Shown here: in pieces, positions 20,590 to 30,758 of the stretch
Layout: every line of letters starts with the position of its first letter
Position numbering within the stretch: position 1 is the stretch's first letter
Origin: an uncultured candidate division Zixibacteria bacterium
GTDB taxonomy: Bacteria > Zixibacteria > MSB-5A5 > GN15 > FEB-12
Length of the DNA stretch: 64,000 nucleotides
Direction of reading: 5' to 3'
Assembly (NCBI GenBank): GCA_963806185.1
Contig: CAWDXE010000005.1
Coordinates: forward strand, 128,001-192,000
The notes under the pieces: generated by a model
What the model was told of the DNA's origin: nothing
The model's input: only the letters and a program-made list of their open reading frames with translations
Database searches by the model: none
Made by a program: the position numbers and the translations under genes

Positions 20590-22352
20590 TAGAGTTTCTC
20601 AATCTCCTGTTCCAGAAGCTGGGACTGATAGAGTTCGGCGTAACGCCCGCCCTCGCGCATCAGGTGTTCGTGGTTGCCCTGTTCAACAATGCAGCCGTCC
20701 TCGAGATAGAGGATGACGTCCGCCTCCTTCACCGAAGACATACGATGGGAGATGATGAAGGTGGTGCACTTCTTGATTCGACCGTGGATGCGATTATTTA
20801 TTTCATCTTCAGTTTCGGTGTCGACGGCGCTGGTGGCGTCGTCGAGCACGACGATAGCCGGATCAATCAGCAACGCGCGCGCAATGGCGGTCCGCTGTTT
20901 CTGGCCCCCGGAAAGGGTGATACCGCGTTCGCCGACAATGGTATCAAACGAGGCCGGGAACGTGGCAATATCCTTGGCCAGGGCGGCGGCGGTGGCGACA
21001 TCGGCGACCTCGGCCGGAGGGGCGTCGAAGCGGCCAAAGCGAATGTTGTTGGTCATCGTGTCGGAAAAGAGAAACGCTTCCTGCGTCACAAAGCCGATCT
21101 GTCGCCGCAGGGCGTTGAGATCCCAATCGTTGATATCGACGTCGTCGACGAAGATCATACCTCGTTCGACCGGGTATTGCCGGGCGATCAGCGAGACGAG
21201 GGTCGTTTTGCCCGATCCGGTCATGCCGACCAGGCCGATGGTCTGGCCAGGATCAATGACGAGCGAAATACCGTTGAGGACGGGGCGGGTATCGTAGGTG
21301 AAGCGCAGATTGCGAAATTCGACTCTACCGCGCATGTCACCGGCGTACGGATTTTCGGCGGCGGTCTGAATGATCGGTTCCGTCTTCAGAATGTCGTTGA
21401 TACGATCAAGGGAGGCGGTTCCGCGCTGATAGAGTGAGATCACCCACCCAATAGCCATCATCGGCCAGAAGAGGTAGCCAAGGTAGGAGAAGAAGGCGAC
21501 AATCGTACCGAGCGGGAGTTTGCCGTTGATCACGTCCATGCCGCCGAAATAGAAGACGACCAGGGTGAGGCCGGTGGCAATGAAAGTAATGAGTGGGAAG
21601 AACGCGCCGTAGAGGCGGCCCATGGCGACATTGTGACCGGCGTAGTCGGAGGAGATTTTCGCGAAGTGATCGATCTCCTCATCTTCCTGTCGATAGGCGC
21701 GGACCACCCGGGCGCCGGCAAGGTTTTCCTGGGCGACCGCGGTGAGGAGCGAGAACTGCTCCTGAATTTTGATGAAGCGCTTGTGAACGAGACTACCCAG
21801 GCGGTGAACCACAAAAGGAAAGAGAACCGATGGAATCATGGCATAGAGGGTGAGCTTGGGCGACAGGTAGATCATCATCGTCAGGGAGACGGCAATCGTG
21901 ACGATGGTGTTGGACATCTGCATAATGCCGGGGCCTATCATCATGCGGACCGCTTCGAGATCGTTGGTGGCACGGGCCATGATATCGCCAGTGCGGGTGG
22001 TATCGTAATAGGCCGGCGACAATTTGAGGAGGTGTCGGGCCAGTTCGCCGCGGAGGTCGTATTCGAGCTTGCGGGACATCCAAATGATAGTCCGGCGCAT
22101 GAGGAAACGAAAGACGCCCGCCACCAGGGCCAGGCCGACCATAAGCAGGACGTAGAAAGTCAATTCCGGCGCGGGGCCCTGGTTCTGGAGTACGTCGAAT
22201 ATCAGCTTGAGGATATACGGATTGACCAGGAGCAGACCGTTGGCCAGAATGACCGCCACGCCGCCGAAAACGAGGTAGGCGCGGTACTGACGAAGATATG
22301 GAAATATGACGCTAAAGCGGCCTTTGGCCGCCGCTTTGTTCTTTTCCGACAT
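20589..22352 (-). CDS. ABC exporter subunit (TMD+NBD, MdlA-like)
   Basis: GMTGSGKT, LSGGQKQR, degenerate Walker B VVLDD, consistent with a heterodimer. Confidence 0.95.
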   Translation of the reverse strand: MSEKNKAAAKGRFSVIFPYLRQYRAYLVFGGVAVILANGLLLVNPYILKLIFDVLQNQGPAPELTFYVLLMVGLALVAGVFRFLMRRTIIWMSRKLEYDLRGELARHLLKLSPAYYDTTRTGDIMARATNDLEAVRMMIGPGIMQMSNTIVTIAVSLTMMIYLSPKLTLYAMIPSVLFPFVVHRLGSLVHKRFIKIQEQFSLLTAVAQENLAGARVVRAYRQEDEEIDHFAKISSDYAGHNVAMGRLYGAFFPLITFIATGLTLVVFYFGGMDVINGKLPLGTIVAFFSYLGYLFWPMMAIGWVISLYQRGTASLDRINDILKTEPIIQTAAENPYAGDMRGRVEFRNLRFTYDTRPVLNGISLVIDPGQTIGLVGMTGSGKTTLVSLIARQYPVERGMIFVDDVDINDWDLNALRRQIGFVTQEAFLFSDTMTNNIRFGRFDAPPAEVADVATAAALAKDIATFPASFDTIVGERGITLSGGQKQRTAIARALLIDPAIVVLDDATSAVDTETEDEINNRIHGRIKKCTTFIISHRMSSVKEADVILYLEDGCIVEQGNHEHLMREGGRYAELYQSQLLEQEIEKL

Positions 22353-22398
22353 TAACCCTCACAAAACAGGCAGAGAGCTATTTAACACCGGTGCGGGA

Positions 22399-24630
22399 TT
22401 AATAGTTCAGCAGATTTGCCAAAAGGTGAATCGCATCGATATTCAGATCGCGAATCATATCCACGAGGGGGATACCGCAGTAGATCACCTGGCCGTCACC
22501 CAGCGGCGACACCGAGAGCAGGACCCCACCGGAGGTGGTAGTATACAAAGCCTGTCCCGGAGACACAATCGCAGAAGCGACAGTTTGGCGACGTTCAAAG
22601 AAGGAAGTGAGGCCGGACTGGGAAATTTCGTACGGTTTTTGCAGCAAGGGGTGGGCACCATCCGTCAACCCGAGACTCTCCCCCGTCAATCGTTCGATGG
22701 TGGGGCGAATGCCGATAGGGAGAGCATCGGCCGGCCATTGATCGGGCTGGCCGAGAACGACAATGGAACCGCCGTGGCGGACATAATCTTCCAGACGGCT
22801 GGCAACCTCCACCAGTTTGGGGTAGTCGGTGACAGCGCCGGAACCGATCAGGATGACGTCATAAGCGTCGAGATCGGCCGTCAAAAGTGATCTTAACGTC
22901 AGCGGCTGGTTGTTGGCGGTGGTCATCCGGAATATATCTTCGAGGAAGCCGGTTGAATCCGGGAGATAACCGATGGCGATAGTATCGGGTACCTGGCAGC
23001 CGGCGACACGCATGATGCCGGTATCGGCGGCCACCGTGCGGCCATCGACTTGAAGTTCGATAGTCAGCGGATGAATGCCCAATTCGAGCAGATTGGAGAT
23101 CGAGAACGGGATGCGGAGGATTTCCGCGGTTCTCCCCTTATCCAGATCGACCTCGGCACGATAGGCGCCGGCAAAGACACCCTCAGGCGTCTCCAGTTTG
23201 ACGTGCACCGTGCCGGACATTTCCGGCGGCTTGGTGATTACTGCTTTCCAGTTCATAGCCGACACGACTTTATCGACGTTAATCGCCGCCGACGGAGGGA
23301 CAAAGAAGAAGTCGGGGACGAGTTCGATATCGAGGTCGGGCGATTCGCGCAGCGGCGCGGCCGTGTTAACAAACATGGGAACTCGGGCGTAGACGATCTC
23401 CGCGCTGAAGCGGAGCGAGTCGGGCATGGTCGATTCGAGATGCTCGCGGTCGACGTCGATCAGATACTCGCGCACGAAGCGCTGGTGCGGCTGAACCTTG
23501 CGGGAGACCGAATCAACGAGGATCGCGGTGGTATCCCAATATGGGTGAAAACGGAGGTAGGACAGCTCAATCTCCATCGGGCCGTTGACTTCGAGCGACG
23601 AAACAAATTTCAATTTGGGGCCGTTGGGGGATTCTCGCACGGCGATAACACCGGAGTACTTAATGCCGAGTTCAGTCAAAACGGCCCGCTCGGCGCGAGC
23701 GACGAGGTCGGACAGGTATGCGTCGAAATCCTCGTACTGCTTGAGCGACGTCTCGGCGCGTGCTTGTTCACGAAGCGCCAGGAGTTCTTTGAAACCATTG
23801 GTAAAGTTGTCGGCGCGATCGCGGCCGACAAGACGGCGAGCCAGTTCCATCAGCGAAATATAGTTTCGCGCTCGTTTATCGAACGATTCTTTGAGCGGGC
23901 CATCGGAGAGAACCGAGTCAAAGACCGGTAACAGGCGCAGGCGTTCGAGCCCTGACAGGAAATTCGGATCGGCGCCCGACGTGCGGCGGAAGACGACCTC
24001 GTAGCGCACCAGTTGTTCCTTGGCGGGGACGAAGCGCGCTTTGGGAATGAGGCGGTTGATTTCAGCCTCGATACGCGTTTGATACCGCTGGTAGAGGGCG
24101 TTCTGGTGAATGGAAATGGAACCGGCGGCGGTCGATGAGGTGGAGTCGCGGTCGGTGCGCCGGTAGACTTTGCTGATGTTAAAGAGTGTGCCCGATTTGG
24201 GATCGTTTTCCGAAAGACGCCGGTAGAGGGAGCGTTCGAGCTTGTTCGACGGTGGGTCGGCGAAGATGACTATGTCCGGGCGGCGATCGGCAAACAGTCG
24301 GGCCAGGATGGAGTCGACCCGGGAAGTATCCCGCGTGTTAGCAGACAGGGTGACATGCCAGAGTTGAAGGTCAGGCAAACCGTTGGACGAAAGGCCAAAT
24401 GTTTTGGCATCGTCAATAGTCACCAGATCGACGCGGGCGCCGTATTCGTCGTTCAGGTGATAGATGGTCGGCCAGTCGATGCGCTGGGGATCATTATAGA
24501 GGTAGAGAACGCGAAGATCCGACAGGGCATAATTGAGCAGATCGGTGGCCGAACCGGAAGTGGCTATCAGGCAGAGCGCCGCAAGGAGCCAGAGAATCCG
24601 GCCAAGGCGATGAACGCGAGAATTCGTCAT
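22399..24630 (-). CDS. Exported protein resembling large PIG-L/LmbE-family proteins, metal site degenerate
   Basis: Signal peptide; RVLYLYNDPQR where VLYxxAHPDD is expected; RPDIVI; C-terminal IGYLP..DLDAYDVILIG..LEDYVRHGGSIVV. Confidence 0.55.
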   Translation of the reverse strand: MTNSRVHRLGRILWLLAALCLIATSGSATDLLNYALSDLRVLYLYNDPQRIDWPTIYHLNDEYGARVDLVTIDDAKTFGLSSNGLPDLQLWHVTLSANTRDTSRVDSILARLFADRRPDIVIFADPPSNKLERSLYRRLSENDPKSGTLFNISKVYRRTDRDSTSSTAAGSISIHQNALYQRYQTRIEAEINRLIPKARFVPAKEQLVRYEVVFRRTSGADPNFLSGLERLRLLPVFDSVLSDGPLKESFDKRARNYISLMELARRLVGRDRADNFTNGFKELLALREQARAETSLKQYEDFDAYLSDLVARAERAVLTELGIKYSGVIAVRESPNGPKLKFVSSLEVNGPMEIELSYLRFHPYWDTTAILVDSVSRKVQPHQRFVREYLIDVDREHLESTMPDSLRFSAEIVYARVPMFVNTAAPLRESPDLDIELVPDFFFVPPSAAINVDKVVSAMNWKAVITKPPEMSGTVHVKLETPEGVFAGAYRAEVDLDKGRTAEILRIPFSISNLLELGIHPLTIELQVDGRTVAADTGIMRVAGCQVPDTIAIGYLPDSTGFLEDIFRMTTANNQPLTLRSLLTADLDAYDVILIGSGAVTDYPKLVEVASRLEDYVRHGGSIVVLGQPDQWPADALPIGIRPTIERLTGESLGLTDGAHPLLQKPYEISQSGLTSFFERRQTVASAIVSPGQALYTTTSGGVLLSVSPLGDGQVIYCGIPLVDMIRDLNIDAIHLLANLLNY

Positions 24631-24685
24631 GCCGCGAATATAGACGGAAACTCTAAGCGGTGTCAAAATTAAACTGGGCGGCTCA

Positions 24686-25048
24686 CTAGAGGATGGTTTC
24701 GTCGGTGGCCCGCCAGGCGGGATCGACAATACAGAGGAAGACAAGAGGGAGCGGACCGATATTGCGGATGAATTGAACGGCACCGGGTGGGATTTCGATC
24801 GTATCGCCCTGCCGAACGACGGCAGTTTCCGCTCCGACGTGCATCTCCCCCTCGCCCTCGAGAATGTAATAGACTTCATCCGTGGTCAATTTATGGGGGA
24901 GCGATTCTCTTCCGGGCTCGACCGTGGCGTGGGCCAGCGAATAGCGGCCGTCGAACGGGAATTCGCGATCGGGATGGAGCAGTTCGCGGAGGCGAGTGTG
25001 GTCGCCGGCGAGGAATTCGGGGCAGTCGGTCAGTCGGCGGATGCGCAT
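24686..25048 (-). CDS. Cupin-domain protein
   Basis: PHKLTTDEVYYILEGEG, GDTIEIPPG; start MRIRRL. Confidence 0.9.
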   Translation of the reverse strand: MRIRRLTDCPEFLAGDHTRLRELLHPDREFPFDGRYSLAHATVEPGRESLPHKLTTDEVYYILEGEGEMHVGAETAVVRQGDTIEIPPGAVQFIRNIGPLPLVFLCIVDPAWRATDETIL

Positions 25049-25056
25049 ATATAAAG

Positions 25057-25079
25057 AAGCCGCCCGGCGAGGGCGGCTT
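25057..25079 (-). terminator. Hairpin/terminator after etfB
   Basis: AAGCCGCCC-ggcga-GGGCGGCTT with a short T tract on the minus strand. Confidence 0.55.
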
Positions 25080-25085
25080 ATGTAC

Positions 25086-25871
25086 TCAGATGGCCTGGTT
25101 TTCGCGTAGTTTCTTAAACAGCTTATCGGCGATTTCCTCCGGTGAGGCACCCTCGATAATCTCGCCCTTACTGCGTGGCGGGGGCGGAGACACCTTGGTC
25201 GTTTTGGTGCCGGAATGGGCACCGACGGTGTCGGCGGAGATGCCAAGATCGGCGGCCGACCACTTCTTGATCTCTTTCTTCTTGGCGGCCATTTTTCCTT
25301 TTAATGAAGGAAGGCGGGGTTCGTTGATTTCTTTCACGACTGAGACGACCGCCGGGAGGCCGATTTCGACGATATCGTAGCCGTCCTCAGTAGTGCGATA
25401 GACAACTGCCTTTTGGGGATCGATTGATTCGATCTTCTTCACGAAGAGCGCCTGAGGAATATCGAGAAGGGCCGCGACCGCGCCGGGAACCTGGGCGGAG
25501 TCGGAGTCGATCGCCTGTTTACCGGCGAGGATCAGGTCATAGGCGCCGAGTTTTTTGAGTCCGGCGGCGAGAATACGGGCAGTCGCTTGCGGGTCGGAGC
25601 CGGCGAAGGCGGGGTCGGTGAGCAGGTAGGCATCGTCGGCCCCCAAAGCGAGACAGTCGCGAAGGGCCGATTCGGCCCGTTCGGTGCCGACAGTCATGAC
25701 GACACAGGTGCCGCCCTGCTTTTCTCTGATACGCAGGCCTTCTTCGACGGCGTATTCATCGAAGGGATTGACAAAACCGGGGCCTTGGGGCAGGACGACC
25801 TGATTGGCGGCCTCATCGACCTTGATCAGAGCGATTTCGGGGACCTGCTTTATGAGCACAACGATGTTCAT
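25086..25871 (-). CDS. etfB: Electron transfer flavoprotein beta subunit
   Basis: MNIVVLIKQVP, NPFDEYAVEE, GKQAIDSD, NEPRLPSLKG. Confidence 0.95.
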   Translation of the reverse strand: MNIVVLIKQVPEIALIKVDEAANQVVLPQGPGFVNPFDEYAVEEGLRIREKQGGTCVVMTVGTERAESALRDCLALGADDAYLLTDPAFAGSDPQATARILAAGLKKLGAYDLILAGKQAIDSDSAQVPGAVAALLDIPQALFVKKIESIDPQKAVVYRTTEDGYDIVEIGLPAVVSVVKEINEPRLPSLKGKMAAKKKEIKKWSAADLGISADTVGAHSGTKTTKVSPPPPRSKGEIIEGASPEEIADKLFKKLRENQAI

Positions 25872-26423
25872 ATGTTCTCCATAGTAAACAGAATGATAGG
25901 TGGGGAATATGGCAAACGGGGTGAAGGCTGTCAAGGATGGGGTTGGGAGGGGGATTTTTGCTGGCTTGGCGCTAGGAAAGAGCGTGAAGACACGTGTCGC
26001 CGTCGGAAAGTGCGGCACCAGACGGAACGGCGTGGAGAGTCGTCGGGCGCAGCGTTTGATCGATGATTGTGGCAAGAAATGGCCAACCGATTGTAATGCT
26101 TCACGATAAAATTGGCAGTGGGATTTGATCGCCACACAACAGGGTCGCAGTGTCATCAGCGACAATTTTGGTCAGCGATAACTATTTCCACGTTTAGCGC
26201 ATCTTTGGCGTTTTTCCCTTGGCACATTATAGCGGGTGATCGTAGACTACTCGTACATGACAGGTGGCCGGCGGGGATACGTGGAGATTCCGGCGCACGC
26301 GTTCTCAGGCTGTCATCTCACACATATTGCGAAGGCACGCGCAATCGTTTTCGCCGAGCCCAATCAGTTTCGGAAGTCGGATATTGTGGCAAACGAAACG
26401 GCATCATATTTATGGAGTCCTCA

Positions 26424-27038
26424 ATGAGACGAATTGTATTGATGTGGTGTGTAGCGATGCTGCTGATTGTCGCGAGTGCATTCCCCCAGCAGTACCTTCT
26501 GACTCTTACTGATGTGCAATGTGTTGAAGCGTCCCTCGACATGATACGAAAAGGCGTTCAACAAGGGAGCGTCGATCGCGTCATGAAGGTTATGGGGGAG
26601 AGCGTGTCCATCAAGAGTGCCAAAAGCAAGACTGATACTGAGATTGCACGAGACCTCGGACTGATATTCGCCAATTCCGCGAGGAGGACTGTCTCGGGAA
26701 TGGCTCAAGCAACGGTTAAGAGCGACTCCACTGCGTCCGATCCAGGTCTCGGAGACTTTGATATCCTGTCTTCGAAAATAACCATACGAGAAGACTCTGC
26801 GTTTGTTGACTGTGAGTTGGTGCTCTGGGATGCTTTCCCTAACGGATCGGCAGGATCTGGTTCAAGGACCGCAGAGCACTTGGTTCTATACTCACCCGGC
26901 ACTGGTCACCCCGAGCAAACAGCTTCACGTGACCCATTGAGGTGGCGCTTGGTCAAGTGTGGCACCTTATTCGATTTCGTCGGCGAAATCGGCGGGCAAA
27001 GCACGGCCAATGCTAGCAAAAATGGGGGCCAGCAATGA
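26424..27038 (+). CDS. Exported hypothetical protein, possibly NTF2-like fold
   Basis: Start MRRIVLMWC with signal peptide; helices then strands ending RWRLVK; ATGA overlap with next gene. Confidence 0.6.
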   Translation: MRRIVLMWCVAMLLIVASAFPQQYLLTLTDVQCVEASLDMIRKGVQQGSVDRVMKVMGESVSIKSAKSKTDTEIARDLGLIFANSARRTVSGMAQATVKSDSTASDPGLGDFDILSSKITIREDSAFVDCELVLWDAFPNGSAGSGSRTAEHLVLYSPGTGHPEQTASRDPLRWRLVKCGTLFDFVGEIGGQSTANASKNGGQQ

Positions 27039-27745
27039 AACTCATGCTCGTCTTTGCATTTATGGCACTTGTTACTACATTGAATCCCCAGTGCGGTGAT
27101 AGTGGCCCTGGAAACGGGACACAAGCGCTGGATACCTGTCTTTGCGAATACGATCAGGTCATAAATCGCAACATATTTCCCGATTACAGTACCCAATATC
27201 TCAATGATGCGTTCAGTCCTGGTAAGATTTACTTTTCCGTCAATTTTAATGACCTTTACATATCCCCAACACCTAATCCACTAACAGGGGCAAACGTTGA
27301 TTCTTTCGTCCGTGCCCATGCGCTCTGGAGTGACGATGAATTGACAAAGCAAATTTATCTCGCTAGTGTCAACCGGTTTGACACATACGGTGTCTTGGGC
27401 ATTTCGACTGAAACTGCACCCCCTCACCATGCTTGGTCAATGATCTTCTGGGATAATATTACGGAAGTGGCGGATGATCATCAGGAACTCGAGAACAGAA
27501 AACTTGAACTAAGACAAGAAAACGTAATTCATGAGTTAGGCCACGGGCGAGGGCATTTAACTCATCTCTGCAACGGCTTTGCCGTAGATACTAATCATGA
27601 TGACCCAAGTCCGTCAAGTACATGCGTCATGGCTGCTAATGTGGCTGATGTGCCATGCGCTGAAGACGGTGTGGATGAGAGCCCGCTGGAAGATAAGGCC
27701 TTCTGCGACAAGTGTGTTAACAACCTTTTGAATCGCAAGTGGTAA
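27035..27745 (+). CDS. Exported zinc metallopeptidase, archaemetzincin (M54)-like
   Basis: HELGHGRGHLTHLC..CVM..FCDKC; hydrophobic N-terminus. Confidence 0.65.
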   Translation: MKLMLVFAFMALVTTLNPQCGDSGPGNGTQALDTCLCEYDQVINRNIFPDYSTQYLNDAFSPGKIYFSVNFNDLYISPTPNPLTGANVDSFVRAHALWSDDELTKQIYLASVNRFDTYGVLGISTETAPPHHAWSMIFWDNITEVADDHQELENRKLELRQENVIHELGHGRGHLTHLCNGFAVDTNHDDPSPSSTCVMAANVADVPCAEDGVDESPLEDKAFCDKCVNNLLNRKW

Positions 27746-27759
27746 CGAGGAAGAGTCAG

Positions 27760-28653
27760 ATGAGATACATCGGAATTTATCCCCTGTTGGCGGCCGCTCT
27801 GATCACGATCTTGGCTTTGCCATCCGCGCATGCCCTGGATCATCGATGGGACGTAGAGGTCGCATTGTCCAAAAATCAATATGTGCTGCGTGAGCCAATC
27901 TGGCTTGATGTCACACTCACCAACGTCGGTGTCGACACGCAAAGAACGGATGGATTGATCTTTCCTAATCATCAACGATTCATGATCGAGCTCAAGGATG
28001 CCTCGGGGCATACCATGGGGCACACCGGCCTGAGATACGAAATAGCGCCTCATCCGGGCTATCTCACAATAGAGCCTGGACAAGCAGACTATAAAAGTTT
28101 CAATATCCTCCCTCTGTTTGCATTTTCTGAGAGCTCCTTTCTTCTGCACTCGACAGTTCCGTTCATCCCGACCGGTTTGTACACAGTTCAAGTTTACTTT
28201 GAGGGTACCGCTTCCGCGATTCTTAATTTTTCGGTGATAGTGCCAACAGGCCAGGCGCGGGAAGCACTCGATCTCATCGAGCAGGCAAGGGGTTACTGGG
28301 CGAAGGACAACCGTTCAACCGCGGGTCAGAAGTTAAAGGAGGCTGTAGAGCGATTTCCCGATGGCCCGTACGCAGAGCTGTGCTGTCGACTTTCATTGGA
28401 GTTTGCTCCGGAAGCGTGGCCCGATGGAATGCAAGGAACCTGCGATAAGACATCACGGCCAAGAGACTTGCTTGAGAAATACCCGAACTCCGGTAATTCA
28501 GGTGGCTGGATCGAGGACATTACCCGAGATATGGATCTGCAGGCGAAAAGCGCTTTCCTTGATTCGTTGGCTGAAGCGCACCCCAATTCCCGCAGCGCAA
28601 AATATGTCAAGGTGGCGCTGGATCGACTGAACAGCCAGAAGGCAGGTGAGTGA
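27760..28653 (+). CDS. Exported protein with Ig-like domain and TPR-like C-terminus
   Basis: Signal AHA; EPIWLDVTLTN..TIEPGQ..GLYTVQV; EAVERFPDGPYA and LAEAHPNSRSA helical repeats. Confidence 0.6.
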   Translation: MRYIGIYPLLAAALITILALPSAHALDHRWDVEVALSKNQYVLREPIWLDVTLTNVGVDTQRTDGLIFPNHQRFMIELKDASGHTMGHTGLRYEIAPHPGYLTIEPGQADYKSFNILPLFAFSESSFLLHSTVPFIPTGLYTVQVYFEGTASAILNFSVIVPTGQAREALDLIEQARGYWAKDNRSTAGQKLKEAVERFPDGPYAELCCRLSLEFAPEAWPDGMQGTCDKTSRPRDLLEKYPNSGNSGGWIEDITRDMDLQAKSAFLDSLAEAHPNSRSAKYVKVALDRLNSQKAGE

Positions 28654-30254
28654 TGCGAGCTCTATTTCAGGCTTTACTAATCGGCACGGTCGTAACGTCT
28701 CTTGCCGTGGAGAGCGGCGTCTCACAGAGTCTGAGCCAATACGCTCTGATTAAACGGAAGATCTATATCAATCCCGAAATCTGGGAACTGAATTCGTCAG
28801 TGACCAATCAGCAATTGGGCGTGAGTCTCTTCAGTTCACCCCGGTCCGGCGTTTATGTATTTGACTTCGATTTTGCCACGTGGTCGTCCCGTTCTACACT
28901 TCTGGCTGTCGTTGATCCTGACTGGAACCGCGTTGTGTACACGCACATGGCGACGGCTGAGACAAAGGCTTTCGGCCACTTTGGTGCCGGCACAAATCAA
29001 TTCAGGTGGCCAAAGAGCATTGCGGCTCACGCCATTAGCGATGGCTATACCAGCGAGAATTTCTACGACGTCTATGTCGCAGACACCTACAACAGTCGAG
29101 TTTATAGGGGGGTGTATTCGCCTCCGGAGTGGCTTTCCCCCATGTCGCTAACTACCGCTACGGTAATGACCGGCCACGGGTTGTGGTGTCCGATTGATGT
29201 TGCAATAGACAATGGGCAGACCTACCGCCCCGACACGGACGACAAGGTTTGGGTGTTGAATGGTGACAATACGCTCCTGAACTTCACGTATAACGGAACC
29301 TTTATTCGCTCGGTCGCTTTACCGGAGGGGTGCCATGCGACCGCTCTCATACATAGCTACTGGTCACGGATGCTATACGTTGCGGACACGGCCAACGATA
29401 TGATCTATCGCTATGACTATAGTTATTCGCAAGGTACTTATGTGAAAGGTTGGCCGGAGGGGGAGACGTCGAACTCGATTGTGGATATACAACTCGATCC
29501 GTGGGGGTATCTATGGGCTTTGGATGCGTCATCGGTCATCACGAAATACGATTATGACCTGACCCCTCTGTGTCAATACTACCAGTCCGGCCAACTCGGA
29601 ACGTGCTCTGGTTTTTCTATCGCGCTCGGTGTTGCGATGTCTTGTGATATGTACATATCAGAGCCCTGGACCTCTTCCAGCGGTATACAACATTTCGCTA
29701 TCGGGACAGACATCCTGGACTTGCTGGTGACGCACAACGTCTGGAGCAGTCGCCACCAGATCAGTTATACCCTAGTGGACCCCTCCCTCTTATATGCCGC
29801 GATTTACCAGTACCACAATTTCGGCGCCAAGATTAAGACGCTGGTGGATTCCAACTTCACGATGGCCGGTCAGACCGGACACAGGTGGGACGGCACCAAT
29901 GACCTCAACCAGCAAATGCCTACCGGCAACTACTCCTACCGTATCATCGCTACGAGCGGCTATGGAGAGGCTGGGCAGCCCGTGAATCAAGTAGTAAAAA
30001 CAGGTGACATTTACCACGTTGCGAACTGCTGTGTAGGCATGACCGGCAATTGCGATGGTGACCCGAATGACAACGTCGACATTGGTGATCTAAGTGCCCT
30101 ACAGAATTATCTGTTTATCACGTTCGAACCGTTGCCGTGCATGGCCGAGGGTAACTGCGATGGCTCGACGGACGGCAATATAGACGCGTCAGACTTTACG
30201 GCCCTGATCAATCATCTCTTCATCACTTTTGAGCCGTTGTCCGATTGCGAATAG
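28650..30254 (+). CDS. Exported NHL-type beta-propeller protein with FlgD-like Ig and dockerin-like C-terminal domains
   Basis: QFRWPKSIA, VYVADTYNSRV, LYVADTAND; WDGTNDLNQQMPTGNYSY; CCVGMTGNCDGDPNDNVDIGDL. Confidence 0.75.
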   Translation: MMRALFQALLIGTVVTSLAVESGVSQSLSQYALIKRKIYINPEIWELNSSVTNQQLGVSLFSSPRSGVYVFDFDFATWSSRSTLLAVVDPDWNRVVYTHMATAETKAFGHFGAGTNQFRWPKSIAAHAISDGYTSENFYDVYVADTYNSRVYRGVYSPPEWLSPMSLTTATVMTGHGLWCPIDVAIDNGQTYRPDTDDKVWVLNGDNTLLNFTYNGTFIRSVALPEGCHATALIHSYWSRMLYVADTANDMIYRYDYSYSQGTYVKGWPEGETSNSIVDIQLDPWGYLWALDASSVITKYDYDLTPLCQYYQSGQLGTCSGFSIALGVAMSCDMYISEPWTSSSGIQHFAIGTDILDLLVTHNVWSSRHQISYTLVDPSLLYAAIYQYHNFGAKIKTLVDSNFTMAGQTGHRWDGTNDLNQQMPTGNYSYRIIATSGYGEAGQPVNQVVKTGDIYHVANCCVGMTGNCDGDPNDNVDIGDLSALQNYLFITFEPLPCMAEGNCDGSTDGNIDASDFTALINHLFITFEPLSDCE

Positions 30255-30427
30255 CCCACCAGAATGATGGGCGAGGAACCCACGGCAAGCGGTGGGCCAC
30301 CAGCCGTCGGGATCATAGGCTGTGGTCTAATATCAATTTTCGGATGGTAAGAGAAAGTTGTCCTGGCCGGGTTTCAGTGTTCACCCATTTGAGACCCGGT
30401 CGTAAATCTAAGCGCAGGAGATCTACA

Positions 30428-30691
30428 ATGGAATGCGCATCAAAGGCAAAGCTCAACTGGTGGTTTATGGCGGGATCGCTGGCGGCCGTGCTCGCCACCT
30501 ACCTCATCAACAGCCACACCCCGTACCACTTTCTGGGCGGTGCCATCGGCGGTGGATTGCTGGCACTGTCGGGGCAGTTGTTCCTGATGCCCGGCGGGTC
30601 GAAATCGGTGCCTCGGGTAGCGGGCCTGACCGTGGTGGCGGCGGTCGCCACCGGGGCGGTGTTTGCGGGGCTTTTCCGCATCCTGTCGTAG
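30428..30691 (+). CDS. Small membrane protein (about 3 TM)
   Basis: AGGAG RBS, ATG 30428; three hydrophobic segments. Confidence 0.6.
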   Translation: MECASKAKLNWWFMAGSLAAVLATYLINSHTPYHFLGGAIGGGLLALSGQLFLMPGGSKSVPRVAGLTVVAAVATGAVFAGLFRILS

Positions 30692-30758
30692 GACGAGGCG
30701 GCGGGGTGGTCCGCATCTCTGTATCGGCGCGGTTTTTGTGAGATCACGAAGACCTATC

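Noticed and set aside
26219..26233. Sigma54 promoter (TTGGCACATTATAGC)
   Set aside because: GG-to-GC spacing is 9 nt rather than 10
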